Assembly: GCA_018062815.1 (NCBI GenBank)
Contig: JAGORM010000001.1
Coordinates: forward strand, 16,301-80,300
Source: Candidatus Levyibacteriota bacterium
GTDB lineage: Bacteria; Patescibacteriota; Microgenomatia; Levybacterales; GWA1-39-11
Direction of reading: 5' to 3'
DNA length: 64,000 nucleotides
Shown: positions 33,164 to 41,602 of the stretch, piece after piece
Layout: every line of letters starts with the position of its first letter
Position numbering within the stretch: position 1 is the stretch's first letter
Notes under the pieces: generated by a model
What the model was told of the DNA's origin: nothing
Seen by the model: only the letters and a program-made list of their open reading frames with translations
The model's database searches: none
Made by a program: the position numbers and the translations under genes

Positions 33164-34210
33164 ATGAAAAAAAAATTATTCATTCCCATACTTTTAATTG
33201 TCGCAATAGTTATTGCAGGATTCTTTTTTGTTCAGAAAAGTGAAAAAATACTCAGCCCGCTAGAAAAGCTAAAGCCAACTCCTACTCCAAAACCATTACT
33301 TGTCTATACATTTAAAAATCTTAGGAAAACGTCTTTCCCAAAAAAGCAAATTACCATGGGGAGAATAGTTGATGAAACAGATGACTATATTTCTCAAACT
33401 TTTTATTATGAAGTGCCAACACGTCCCGATTCTCAAGATGTAAAAAAAGTAAGTGGACTTGCAAACGTTCCCAAGAAGCCAGGCGTATACCCGGTGATTA
33501 TTATGTTAAGGGGATTTGTGCCGAGCGAAATATTCTCCTCAGGTATAGGGACTCAGCCTTCCGCGGAGCAATTAGTAAAAAATGGATACATAACACTTTC
33601 TCCTGATTTTTTAGGATTTGGGGAGTCAGACCCATTCGCACCGGATTCATTTGAGAATAGGTTTCAAACATATACAACTACACTTTCACTTTTTGCGTCT
33701 ATTAAAACATTAAATGAGGGCTTAGCAGCGAGCTATTCAGGAACAATTTTGGCAGATAGTGAAAAAATAGGTTTATGGGGGCACAGTAATGGGGGACATA
33801 TAGCGCTCTCAGCACTTGCTATAAGTGGAGCAACATATCCTACGGTTTTATGGGCGCCTGTATCAAAATCATTTCCTTACTCAATTTTATACTATACGGA
33901 TGAGTCAGATGATCAGGGTAAAACATTGAGATGGGTTTTGGCTCAGTTTGAAAAAGCTTATGACACTTATGATTTTTCTCCAGAACGATACTATAAATGG
34001 ATTAAGGCACCAATTCTTATTAACCAAGGAAGTGCAGACCAGGAAGTTCCTTATTGGTGGAGTGATGAGCTCGTAGAGAATTTGAAGTTAAATCAGGTAG
34101 ATGTGGCAGAGATAAAATATCCAGGTGCAGACCACAATATGCGTCCTCTTGAATCTTGGAATCAGGCAGTGGAGGCAACTATAGAGTTTTATAACACTCA
34201 TTTAAAATAA
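33164..34210 (+). CDS. Secreted or anchored alpha/beta-hydrolase (S9/dienelactone-hydrolase-like serine hydrolase)
   Basis: N-terminal TM or signal sequence. Nucleophile elbow GLWGHSNGGHIALSA, with later SADQEVP and ADHNM consistent with a Ser-Asp-His triad. Confidence 0.55.
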   Translation: MKKKLFIPILLIVAIVIAGFFFVQKSEKILSPLEKLKPTPTPKPLLVYTFKNLRKTSFPKKQITMGRIVDETDDYISQTFYYEVPTRPDSQDVKKVSGLANVPKKPGVYPVIIMLRGFVPSEIFSSGIGTQPSAEQLVKNGYITLSPDFLGFGESDPFAPDSFENRFQTYTTTLSLFASIKTLNEGLAASYSGTILADSEKIGLWGHSNGGHIALSALAISGATYPTVLWAPVSKSFPYSILYYTDESDDQGKTLRWVLAQFEKAYDTYDFSPERYYKWIKAPILINQGSADQEVPYWWSDELVENLKLNQVDVAEIKYPGADHNMRPLESWNQAVEATIEFYNTHLK

Positions 34211-34252
34211 GAAAATTTGAATTTTATTGTCTAGGTAACTATAATCCATTCC

Positions 34253-34807
34253 GTGGGAAGAAAAGAAGAAATATTTGGCGAAATCATGACTACTCATGTG
34301 AGGAAAATGAGGGAAAATTTTGCATTAAGATCTGAAATAAAAAGAAAAGAGCGGGATGAAAAGTGGGTGGAAAAATTAAATAAGACATGGGGAAGTCTGA
34401 TAGAGGATAAAAAACAAGAAGCAGGGGATCTGCCTTTTCGTTTTGCATATACATACACTATGGCAGAGGATAGATCTTATTACACTTTAGTAGAGGATGG
34501 TGATGCAAGGTTGGTATTTATGGATATTAATAGAGATAGAAATACGGGAGTAAGACAGTGCGTTGTTTTGTTGGATGAACAAATTGCACTTTTAGCTACG
34601 GTTAAGCCTTTGGGTTGGGAGGCAAGAGATAAGCATAGGTGGGAAGTTGTTGATGATAATAAACTACGGAAAATACATCTTGAAAATATTTATGGGAGTC
34701 TTAAAAATGCGCCCGTTTTTGATCCTCAAGGACAATTATATTGGAAAGGATTATATCCGGATACAGCAGAAGTTTTAAAGACTTTACACCCTGATGTTAA
34801 GGAGTAA
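34253..34807 (+). CDS. Hypothetical protein (184 aa)
   Basis: ORF track only. Confidence 0.35.
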   Translation: MGRKEEIFGEIMTTHVRKMRENFALRSEIKRKERDEKWVEKLNKTWGSLIEDKKQEAGDLPFRFAYTYTMAEDRSYYTLVEDGDARLVFMDINRDRNTGVRQCVVLLDEQIALLATVKPLGWEARDKHRWEVVDDNKLRKIHLENIYGSLKNAPVFDPQGQLYWKGLYPDTAEVLKTLHPDVKE

Positions 34808-34997
34808 ATGTAGATTACAAATGTGTGAATCTAAAAGTAGTTTTGAAGACTACTTTTTTTTATCTTTCTTTTGCTTTTTTTTCTCCTTTTTTGCGTGAGA
34901 ATGTCGTTCAGCCATATATTAATAGTAGATGAGTCTCTTATAAAATTCAAGAGACATTTTTTACACCAGAGAAAGAAATAGAACAATATACAAAAGA

Positions 34998-35750
34998 TTA
35001 TTTAACCTTCTGCGCGATGATAATAATTTGTGACTCCCCAAATATATAAGTAAGAATGTTATCTATCGCAGTAATGATATCTACTAAAAAGAATTTAATA
35101 AATCTTATTAATTTCCCCGCATGGGGGTTTAAGAAAAGAAAGTTTCTCATCACACTTTCTTTTTTATAAATATTTTTTATTGTAAATCCACATCTTACAA
35201 GTTTCTCTGTTAATTCTTCAACATCATAACGTCGCAAATGTCCGACATCCCTATCAAATTTACTTGCAACTCCCAATCTATAAAGAGGAGCATTTTTAGA
35301 AGGAGTAGATAAGAAAAGAGTTCCATTTGTGTTTAGCAATTTATTTATTTTTTTTAGTGCAAGATTATCATTTGGAAGGTGCTCCAAAACCTCGCTAAAA
35401 AAGATTAAGTCATATTTACCATTTGGTATTTTTTTAGGAAATTCTACAATTTCAAATTTTACATTTTTTAACAGCATATTATTTGCAGATTCATTGCACG
35501 TGTTTATCGCAGTACGTGAAATATCTATCCCTTTTACTAAATAACCTTTCGAGGCAAGGTAGAGAGAGATTGTTCCGCTGCCACAACCAATATCTAGAAT
35601 GCTTTTAACCTTTTTACTCAAACAAGAATTAAGAATTGGAAGGATATTTATATATGTGAAATTTTTTTTACTTATGATTCGGTATTGCTTACCAGAGTTG
35701 GAATGATATTTTTCGTAAAGTTTTTTATTTACCATATTTGCTGTTGACAT
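34998..35750 (-). CDS. Class I SAM-dependent methyltransferase
   Basis: ILDIGCGSGTISLYLASKGYLVKGIDIS (motif I) and DLIFFSEVLEHL (motif II/post I). Confidence 0.7.
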   Translation of the reverse strand: MSTANMVNKKLYEKYHSNSGKQYRIISKKNFTYINILPILNSCLSKKVKSILDIGCGSGTISLYLASKGYLVKGIDISRTAINTCNESANNMLLKNVKFEIVEFPKKIPNGKYDLIFFSEVLEHLPNDNLALKKINKLLNTNGTLFLSTPSKNAPLYRLGVASKFDRDVGHLRRYDVEELTEKLVRCGFTIKNIYKKESVMRNFLFLNPHAGKLIRFIKFFLVDIITAIDNILTYIFGESQIIIIAQKVK

Positions 35751-35786
35751 TTTAATCTGTTGTTGATCTAATGTAAATATAGTTCT

Positions 35787-37982
35787 ATGTTTATGAACTT
35801 TATCTCAAGATTATTTGTATTAACACTTAGCTTTTTTTTAGGACTAACAATTGTTTCACCAGTTTTTGGCGAAGAAGTTATTAGTAATTGGTCTTCTACC
35901 TCCTCGATCCCTAATTTATTGGCAAGTCACACTTCCTTTGTGATAAAAAACAAAATATATGTTTTAGGAGGATCGGCAGCTACAGGGCAAAGTCATTCTG
36001 GTGTTATCTTTAACATTCCTAGTTCCAATGGGACACTGGGTAGCTGGTTAAGTTCTACAACCTTTCCGATTGCCCCAATCTATCAGGCAACAACAGTAAA
36101 AGAAAATAATGTTTATGTGTTAGGAGGGCTTGAAGAGAATCCGGGTTCAGCCCAGGGCTTTGTCCCAAAGGTTTTCCTAAATAAAGCTTTACCTGATGGA
36201 GCGCTTTCTAGTTGGGAACCGCTTAACCCCTTACCTGTTCCCCTCGGACAAGGAGGGACAACAATAATAGGGAAGTGGATATATTATTTAGGTGGGAAAA
36301 ACAGCAACAGCGTTAGTGATAAAGTCTACTACTCGTTTATTAATGATGATGGAAGCATTGATGATTGGAGCACCAGTCTTGTGAGCCTTCCTCATCCTAT
36401 GACTGGATTAGGTGTAGTATCCTACAAGAATAATATTATTGTGGTAGGGGGAGTTGTTGGTGGTGTTGTGACGAATAAAGTCTATAAAGCAGCAGTAGAT
36501 CCCGCGAATGGTACTATTTCTGAATGGCAGGAGCTTACAAATTTACCCTCTGTTTTCAATGGAACAAATCAAGTAATAGTTGTAGAAAATAAATTAATAA
36601 CGGTAGGAGGTGGGGATAGTAATGGCCCAACAAAAAAAGTGCTATATACAACTATTAATTCTGATGGGACGATTCAAGATTGGGTGGAGAGCGGAAATGT
36701 TTTGCCTCAGCCAGTGGGCGGAGGGGCAATAGGGTATGTAAATGGGTATTTGTATAGCATAGGTGGGTATAACAATGGATATTTAAATAATGTTTATTAC
36801 AGTAAACTTAATATAGATAAAATTTTAGGCGTTCCTTTATTAAAACAGACTGATCCTTTTTGGGGAGATTTAGTTTATGATTCGGCAAATCTTTGGTCAC
36901 CACAAGACCCATCAATTGCTAGGTGGGGATGCGCTTTAACATCTGCTGCCATGACTTTTAATTATCATGGAATTGTAACATTACCAAATGATTTGCCTCT
37001 TACTCCAAAGAGGTTAAATGAATGGTTAAAAAGTGAAGTAGATGGGTATGTTGGGAGTGGGCTAGTCAACTGGCTCGCACTATCTAGACTATCTAAGGAA
37101 GCCAAGCCTAAGAACCCTGATTTTTTATATGATGCTTTGGAATATAGCAGGACAGGATTTAACTCAGTAACACTTAAAGATGATTTGAAAAACAATATTC
37201 CTTTAATTCTTGAGGTGCCAGGGCATTTTATTGTAGCGCAAGGAAGCACTAATGACACGTTTTACATAAATGATCCTTACTACTCAAAAACATTACTTTC
37301 AGACTATGGTAATACTGCTCTATCTATGGGTAAGTTTACCCCTTCAAATACTGACCTCTCTTATGTAATGTTAATTACTGATGAAGGAATAAATCTTTCT
37401 GCCTTTCAAAAATTCGGGCCTATGAGTGTACCTGCAGGATCAGGATTTCTTCAGCAGCCTTTAGTAAAAGAGGAGGGAGCTGAAAAAAGCGGGCCTCCTA
37501 TGTATTTTCATTACATTCCAAAACCCACAGATGGTGGAGATTTTTTAGTGAACATTTCTTCAAATACAATAAAGCCATATACGCTCAAAGCGTATTTTTA
37601 TGACGTTGAAGGAAGGGTGAGAATAGAAACCATAAAGGGAATTGTAGGGGATAATATTCCAGATAGTTACACAATATTATTTAATAAGCAAAACTCTCAG
37701 GCTTCTAAAATTTCAAAGAAATATTCATTCGATTCGTTAATTGCAGACTTAGATAGATTTTACAAAAATAAATTAATTACTAATTCAAAAATATATAAAG
37801 CCTTAAGACTAGATGTTGTTGAGGCAAAGAAGTTTTCAGTCAAACAAAAAAAATTATCTAGAACCCTTCTGGGGGCATTTATTATTGTGCTTGATTCAAG
37901 TCATAAAATATTTATAAAGACAGATGCATACCAGGTATTAAGACCACAAGCGGTTTTTCTATACAACTCATTAAAGCCATAA
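35787..37982 (+). CDS. Secreted protein: N-terminal Kelch-type beta-propeller repeats fused to a C39-like (papain-fold) cysteine peptidase domain
   Basis: Signal peptide. Repeated Y-x-x-GG motifs (KIYVLGG, NVYVLGG, WIYYLGG, IIVVGG, GYLYSIGG). Later ARWGCALTSAAMTFNYHG (candidate Cys) and PGHFIVAQGSTNDTFYINDP (candidate His). Confidence 0.45.
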   Translation: MFMNFISRLFVLTLSFFLGLTIVSPVFGEEVISNWSSTSSIPNLLASHTSFVIKNKIYVLGGSAATGQSHSGVIFNIPSSNGTLGSWLSSTTFPIAPIYQATTVKENNVYVLGGLEENPGSAQGFVPKVFLNKALPDGALSSWEPLNPLPVPLGQGGTTIIGKWIYYLGGKNSNSVSDKVYYSFINDDGSIDDWSTSLVSLPHPMTGLGVVSYKNNIIVVGGVVGGVVTNKVYKAAVDPANGTISEWQELTNLPSVFNGTNQVIVVENKLITVGGGDSNGPTKKVLYTTINSDGTIQDWVESGNVLPQPVGGGAIGYVNGYLYSIGGYNNGYLNNVYYSKLNIDKILGVPLLKQTDPFWGDLVYDSANLWSPQDPSIARWGCALTSAAMTFNYHGIVTLPNDLPLTPKRLNEWLKSEVDGYVGSGLVNWLALSRLSKEAKPKNPDFLYDALEYSRTGFNSVTLKDDLKNNIPLILEVPGHFIVAQGSTNDTFYINDPYYSKTLLSDYGNTALSMGKFTPSNTDLSYVMLITDEGINLSAFQKFGPMSVPAGSGFLQQPLVKEEGAEKSGPPMYFHYIPKPTDGGDFLVNISSNTIKPYTLKAYFYDVEGRVRIETIKGIVGDNIPDSYTILFNKQNSQASKISKKYSFDSLIADLDRFYKNKLITNSKIYKALRLDVVEAKKFSVKQKKLSRTLLGAFIIVLDSSHKIFIKTDAYQVLRPQAVFLYNSLKP

Positions 37983-38048
37983 GCTAAACCCCTGATTTTA
38001 GAAGTGCGGGTTGAAGATTGTCGTAATTTTCCTGCATAATAATATAAT

Positions 38049-38870
38049 ATGATGACTTTAAAGGTTGTAAAAAGAAACGGAGAGTTGGAGCCATATAGTG
38101 AAGAAAAAGTAATCCACACTATGAACCGCGTAGGTGTTCCTCCTAATATTCAGCCAGATGTTTTAAGTCATGTACGCGATCAATTCAAGGGTGATTACAT
38201 TACAACAGACGAGATATTTAAGCATGTATTTGAATACTTAAAAAAAATAGATAAAAAGGCAAGTCTCAGGCTTAATTTACGTAGGGCAATCACTGATTTG
38301 GGGCCAACAGGATTTCCTTTTGAAAAATATCTTGCCCGTATTTTTCAAGATCAGGGGTATAAAACTACAGTAGATGCGCATTTAAAGGGCGAGTGTGTTA
38401 ATCATGAAGTAGATATCATCTTAGAGAAGGACGGAAAGCGAGATATAGTGGAAGTAAAATTCCATAACGATCTTCAAGGTAAAACAGATCTTCATGTCGC
38501 CCTCTACACTTATGCTCGTTATTTAGATCTTAAAACAAAACATCAGATTGATAATGTTTGGATAATTACAAATACAAAACTAAGCCAAGATGCAGTAATC
38601 TATGCACAATGTAAAAATATGAAAATTTTGGCATGGAATTACCCATCGGAGAATCACCTGCAACATTTTGTGGAATCTCCCAAGATGTATCCAATAACTA
38701 TTCTTACGGACCTTACAAGAGAAGAAAAACTAAGACTTATTGATGACAATTTAGTATTATGTAGAGACCTTTTTGCCTTATCAGAGCAAGAAGTTGAAAG
38801 TTTTCCTTATGTGAAGCGCTCACATTTAGCACGAGCACGGGAGAATGCAAGATTACTATTAAATAGTTAG
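38049..38870 (+). CDS. ATP-cone domain fused to an Mrr-type (PD-(D/E)xK) restriction-endonuclease-like domain
   Basis: N-terminus LKVVKRNGELEPYSEEKVIHTMNRVG matches the ATP-cone. Middle region FEKYLARIFQDQGYK...NHEVDIILEKDGKRDIVEVKFH matches the Mrr_cat D...E-x-K core. Confidence 0.6.
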   Translation: MMTLKVVKRNGELEPYSEEKVIHTMNRVGVPPNIQPDVLSHVRDQFKGDYITTDEIFKHVFEYLKKIDKKASLRLNLRRAITDLGPTGFPFEKYLARIFQDQGYKTTVDAHLKGECVNHEVDIILEKDGKRDIVEVKFHNDLQGKTDLHVALYTYARYLDLKTKHQIDNVWIITNTKLSQDAVIYAQCKNMKILAWNYPSENHLQHFVESPKMYPITILTDLTREEKLRLIDDNLVLCRDLFALSEQEVESFPYVKRSHLARARENARLLLNS

Positions 38871-38980
38871 AAAGTTATTCTTATATGTTAGAGTCACTCA
38901 TTCTTTAGCTTTTGCCTCAGGCTTTATTTAAGTATTTATCGTTGACATAATGAAGGATTCATATTAGGATTAAATCAAAG

Positions 38981-39442
38981 ATGTTAAATTTTTTTACAAA
39001 AGTATTCCTTCACGGTATAGCATATGCACATTGTGATATCCCTTGCGGAATATATGATCCAAATGGTGCGCAGTTAGCAGCGCATACTGTGCTTAGAATG
39101 ACACAGTTATTAGCAGAGAAAACTGATACTCATGACATAGCAAGAATTACTCATACTAAAGAAAAGCACGGTGAGGCAGTAGAGGAAGAATTGGGTACTC
39201 TTGAGAATGATTATTTTAAGACGGAGCATTTTGAACAATTCCCGGAATTAAATAGTCTATTGTCTGATGCGGTAAAGTTATCCATTGAAACACGTCAGCA
39301 TGTAGATAAACAGAAAGCAGAGGATTTACTTGAGAAGGTTTTACAAATTTCAGAAATCTTTTATAAAACAAAGAACGTAACTCCATTAAGGGTTCCTTCT
39401 GTGTATCCGACAAAAGGAGAGATCGTAATTTATACCGCATGA
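38981..39442 (+). CDS. sodN: Nickel superoxide dismutase precursor
   Basis: 16-aa propeptide followed by HCDIPCGIYDP, the Ni-hook motif (His-Cys-x-x-Pro-Cys-Gly-x-Tyr). Confidence 0.85.
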   Translation: MLNFFTKVFLHGIAYAHCDIPCGIYDPNGAQLAAHTVLRMTQLLAEKTDTHDIARITHTKEKHGEAVEEELGTLENDYFKTEHFEQFPELNSLLSDAVKLSIETRQHVDKQKAEDLLEKVLQISEIFYKTKNVTPLRVPSVYPTKGEIVIYTA

Positions 39443-39723
39443 TTCTAGGTTTATTCCAAATAACAGGTCACAGCATGGAGCCTGGCCTTAAAAAAGGTGA
39501 TAGCGTGCTTGCTTTGGGCATATTTTCTGTTAAAAAAGGTGATGTGATTATTTTTCAAAAAGATTCAAAGTATTTTGTAAAAAGGGTAGCGGAAATAATG
39601 GGGAATAAAGTAAAAGTTCTAGGGGATAACCCTGAAGACAGTTTTGATAGTCGCAATTTTGGGGAAATTGAAAAAGATGTTATTATAGGAAAAGTAATAA
39701 AAAAAATAAAATGGTTTTTTTAA
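39439..39723 (+). CDS. sodX: NiSOD maturation protease (S26 signal-peptidase-like)
   Basis: QITGHSMEPGLKKGD Ser-nucleophile motif and ...KRVAE (Lys). Overlaps the sodN stop codon. Confidence 0.75.
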   Translation: MILGLFQITGHSMEPGLKKGDSVLALGIFSVKKGDVIIFQKDSKYFVKRVAEIMGNKVKVLGDNPEDSFDSRNFGEIEKDVIIGKVIKKIKWFF

Positions 39724-40223
39724 TAGCATTTATATTAATTGTTGTTTTACTTCTATTACTTTCAGCAGTTTGGCCTCCCGATTCTCCTTGGAGCCCATGG
39801 TGGAAAACATACAAAAAAGCAGGGGTTGCAGCTATAAGGCTTGCTAAAATAACTTCAAAAGATAAAGTATATGAGTTAGGCTCAGGAGACGCAGAATTTT
39901 TACTTCTTGTAGCAAAAGAAACTGGTGCTTCTTGTGTGGGTGTTGAAATTGACCCTTTTCGTCACATTATTGCCTCTTTAAGAGTGAGGATAAATGGTCT
40001 TGGTTCCTACATTACACTCAAGAAAAAATCATTCTATCATGAAGATATTTCTAGCGCGACAGTTGTATATATGTATTTAATACCCAGAGTTCTTAAAAAG
40101 ATTACTCCCAAATTGCAGAAAGAATTAAAAAAAGAAACACGCATTATTTCTTATAAATATAAGATGGATCTGCCTCTTATAAAAGAAGATAATATTCGTA
40201 AACTTTATATGTATCACGTATGA
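39711..40223 (+). CDS. Small membrane-anchored putative SAM-dependent methyltransferase
   Basis: N-terminal TM. VYELGSGDAEFLLLVA (GxGxG motif I) and VVYMYL. Confidence 0.4.
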   Translation: MVFLIAFILIVVLLLLLSAVWPPDSPWSPWWKTYKKAGVAAIRLAKITSKDKVYELGSGDAEFLLLVAKETGASCVGVEIDPFRHIIASLRVRINGLGSYITLKKKSFYHEDISSATVVYMYLIPRVLKKITPKLQKELKKETRIISYKYKMDLPLIKEDNIRKLYMYHV

Positions 40224-40256
40224 TTTGCATAAAGATGATATACTAGTAAAGTTAAT

Positions 40257-40523
40257 ATGGAATCGCCCCGATGTCAGAGTTGTGGGCAACCACTCTCTGT
40301 TTCTAACTTCGGTACAAATGCAAGCGGTACTTATAATGAAGAGTACTGCAGTATGTGTTTTCAGAAAGGGCAATTTACTGATTCAGACATAACACTTTCT
40401 CAAATGATGCAGATTTCCGCAAGCCATATGGTAAACGTGCTTCATATGAATGAGAATGAAGCAAAGAGTTTTGCAATAGATGTCATTCCAACACTTAAAA
40501 GATGGAAGAATATGAGAGCTTAA
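40257..40523 (+). CDS. Zinc-ribbon domain protein (88 aa)
   Basis: CQSCGQPL...YCSMCFQKG; resembles the Zn_ribbon_2 family. Confidence 0.45.
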   Translation: MESPRCQSCGQPLSVSNFGTNASGTYNEEYCSMCFQKGQFTDSDITLSQMMQISASHMVNVLHMNENEAKSFAIDVIPTLKRWKNMRA

Positions 40524-41563
40524 AGTTTTCTTTTTAGATTTAAAAGACTCCACCTTAATTTATCCGCAATTTTAATAAATTCATACATAGTAGGATTTAT
40601 AACCAAGTCATAGCTTCCCACAAATTCCGTAAGAGTCGCTCCATATCCTTGTTTAAATTTGTGAAAGCCATACCATGGATCTTTTGTATTGGGATCAGGG
40701 TTTAGTGCTCCCCACAAGTCAAACTGTTTCAGTTTTTCTTTTTTCCCAAAACGGATTGCTTCCCACATTATTAAATTGTTTGCCATCATTTCTCTATGTT
40801 CTCTGGATGATGCGCCGTAAGGATAGTAGAGAGTATCTTGGAATGAGAAAAGAACCCAAGATGTTAGTACATTTTCAGCTCCTTCTGTATCCGTGAATGC
40901 ATGGAATAGATGATATGAAAGTGCGGATTCTTTTTTTGATAATTCTTCCCAAAGTTTTTTGTGATAAGAAGAGGTGTGGGCATAAAATTTTTGTCGTGTA
41001 GTTGTTTCTTCATATAGTTTTAAAAATGTTAAAAACCCTTTTTCAGAATTATCTTCTTTAATTTTTACATTATGTTTGAGAGCAATTTTTATGTTGTAGC
41101 GTGTTTTAGGATGCATATGTGATAAGAGTGTGTCTTCCCCAGGAGTTAAGTCTAGAATAAACGAATATTTTGTGAAAAGTGGACGGAAGGATAATTTAAG
41201 CGGGATGTTTTTATTTAGTATTAATTGCTCAATCTCAAATTTTCCTTCGGGTGCAGTTATATTTGGTTCAAGCTGTATGTATATGCATTTATTTTTTTTT
41301 GCCTGATCAGCAACATCCTCAAGTAGTTTTGTGTTAGGAAGACATCCTTTTGGAAGATAGCCAATATAATATGGCAGTTGAGGAATTTTGTGAATAGTCA
41401 TTGTGTAGCAATTGGTAATATTTTTCTTTGTTCCTATTTCTCCGCGCCTTATAATTCTGATTCCTGTATTTCTTCTAAATTCTCCCCACTCATATGATTG
41501 AAGCGGATGTGTGACGGCCTTGTTATATTCCTTTTTATACTCCTCAGTGATATCTGTAAACAT
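40520..41563 (-). CDS. FemAB-family peptidoglycan interpeptide aminoacyltransferase
   Basis: N-terminus HPLQSYEWGEFRRNTG (Fem/MurM family motif); size about 350 aa. Confidence 0.55.
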   Translation of the reverse strand: MFTDITEEYKKEYNKAVTHPLQSYEWGEFRRNTGIRIIRRGEIGTKKNITNCYTMTIHKIPQLPYYIGYLPKGCLPNTKLLEDVADQAKKNKCIYIQLEPNITAPEGKFEIEQLILNKNIPLKLSFRPLFTKYSFILDLTPGEDTLLSHMHPKTRYNIKIALKHNVKIKEDNSEKGFLTFLKLYEETTTRQKFYAHTSSYHKKLWEELSKKESALSYHLFHAFTDTEGAENVLTSWVLFSFQDTLYYPYGASSREHREMMANNLIMWEAIRFGKKEKLKQFDLWGALNPDPNTKDPWYGFHKFKQGYGATLTEFVGSYDLVINPTMYEFIKIADKLRWSLLNLKRKL

Positions 41564-41602
41564 AGTTATAAGTATATAATTTTAATAAATTTGTCTATAT
41601 TT

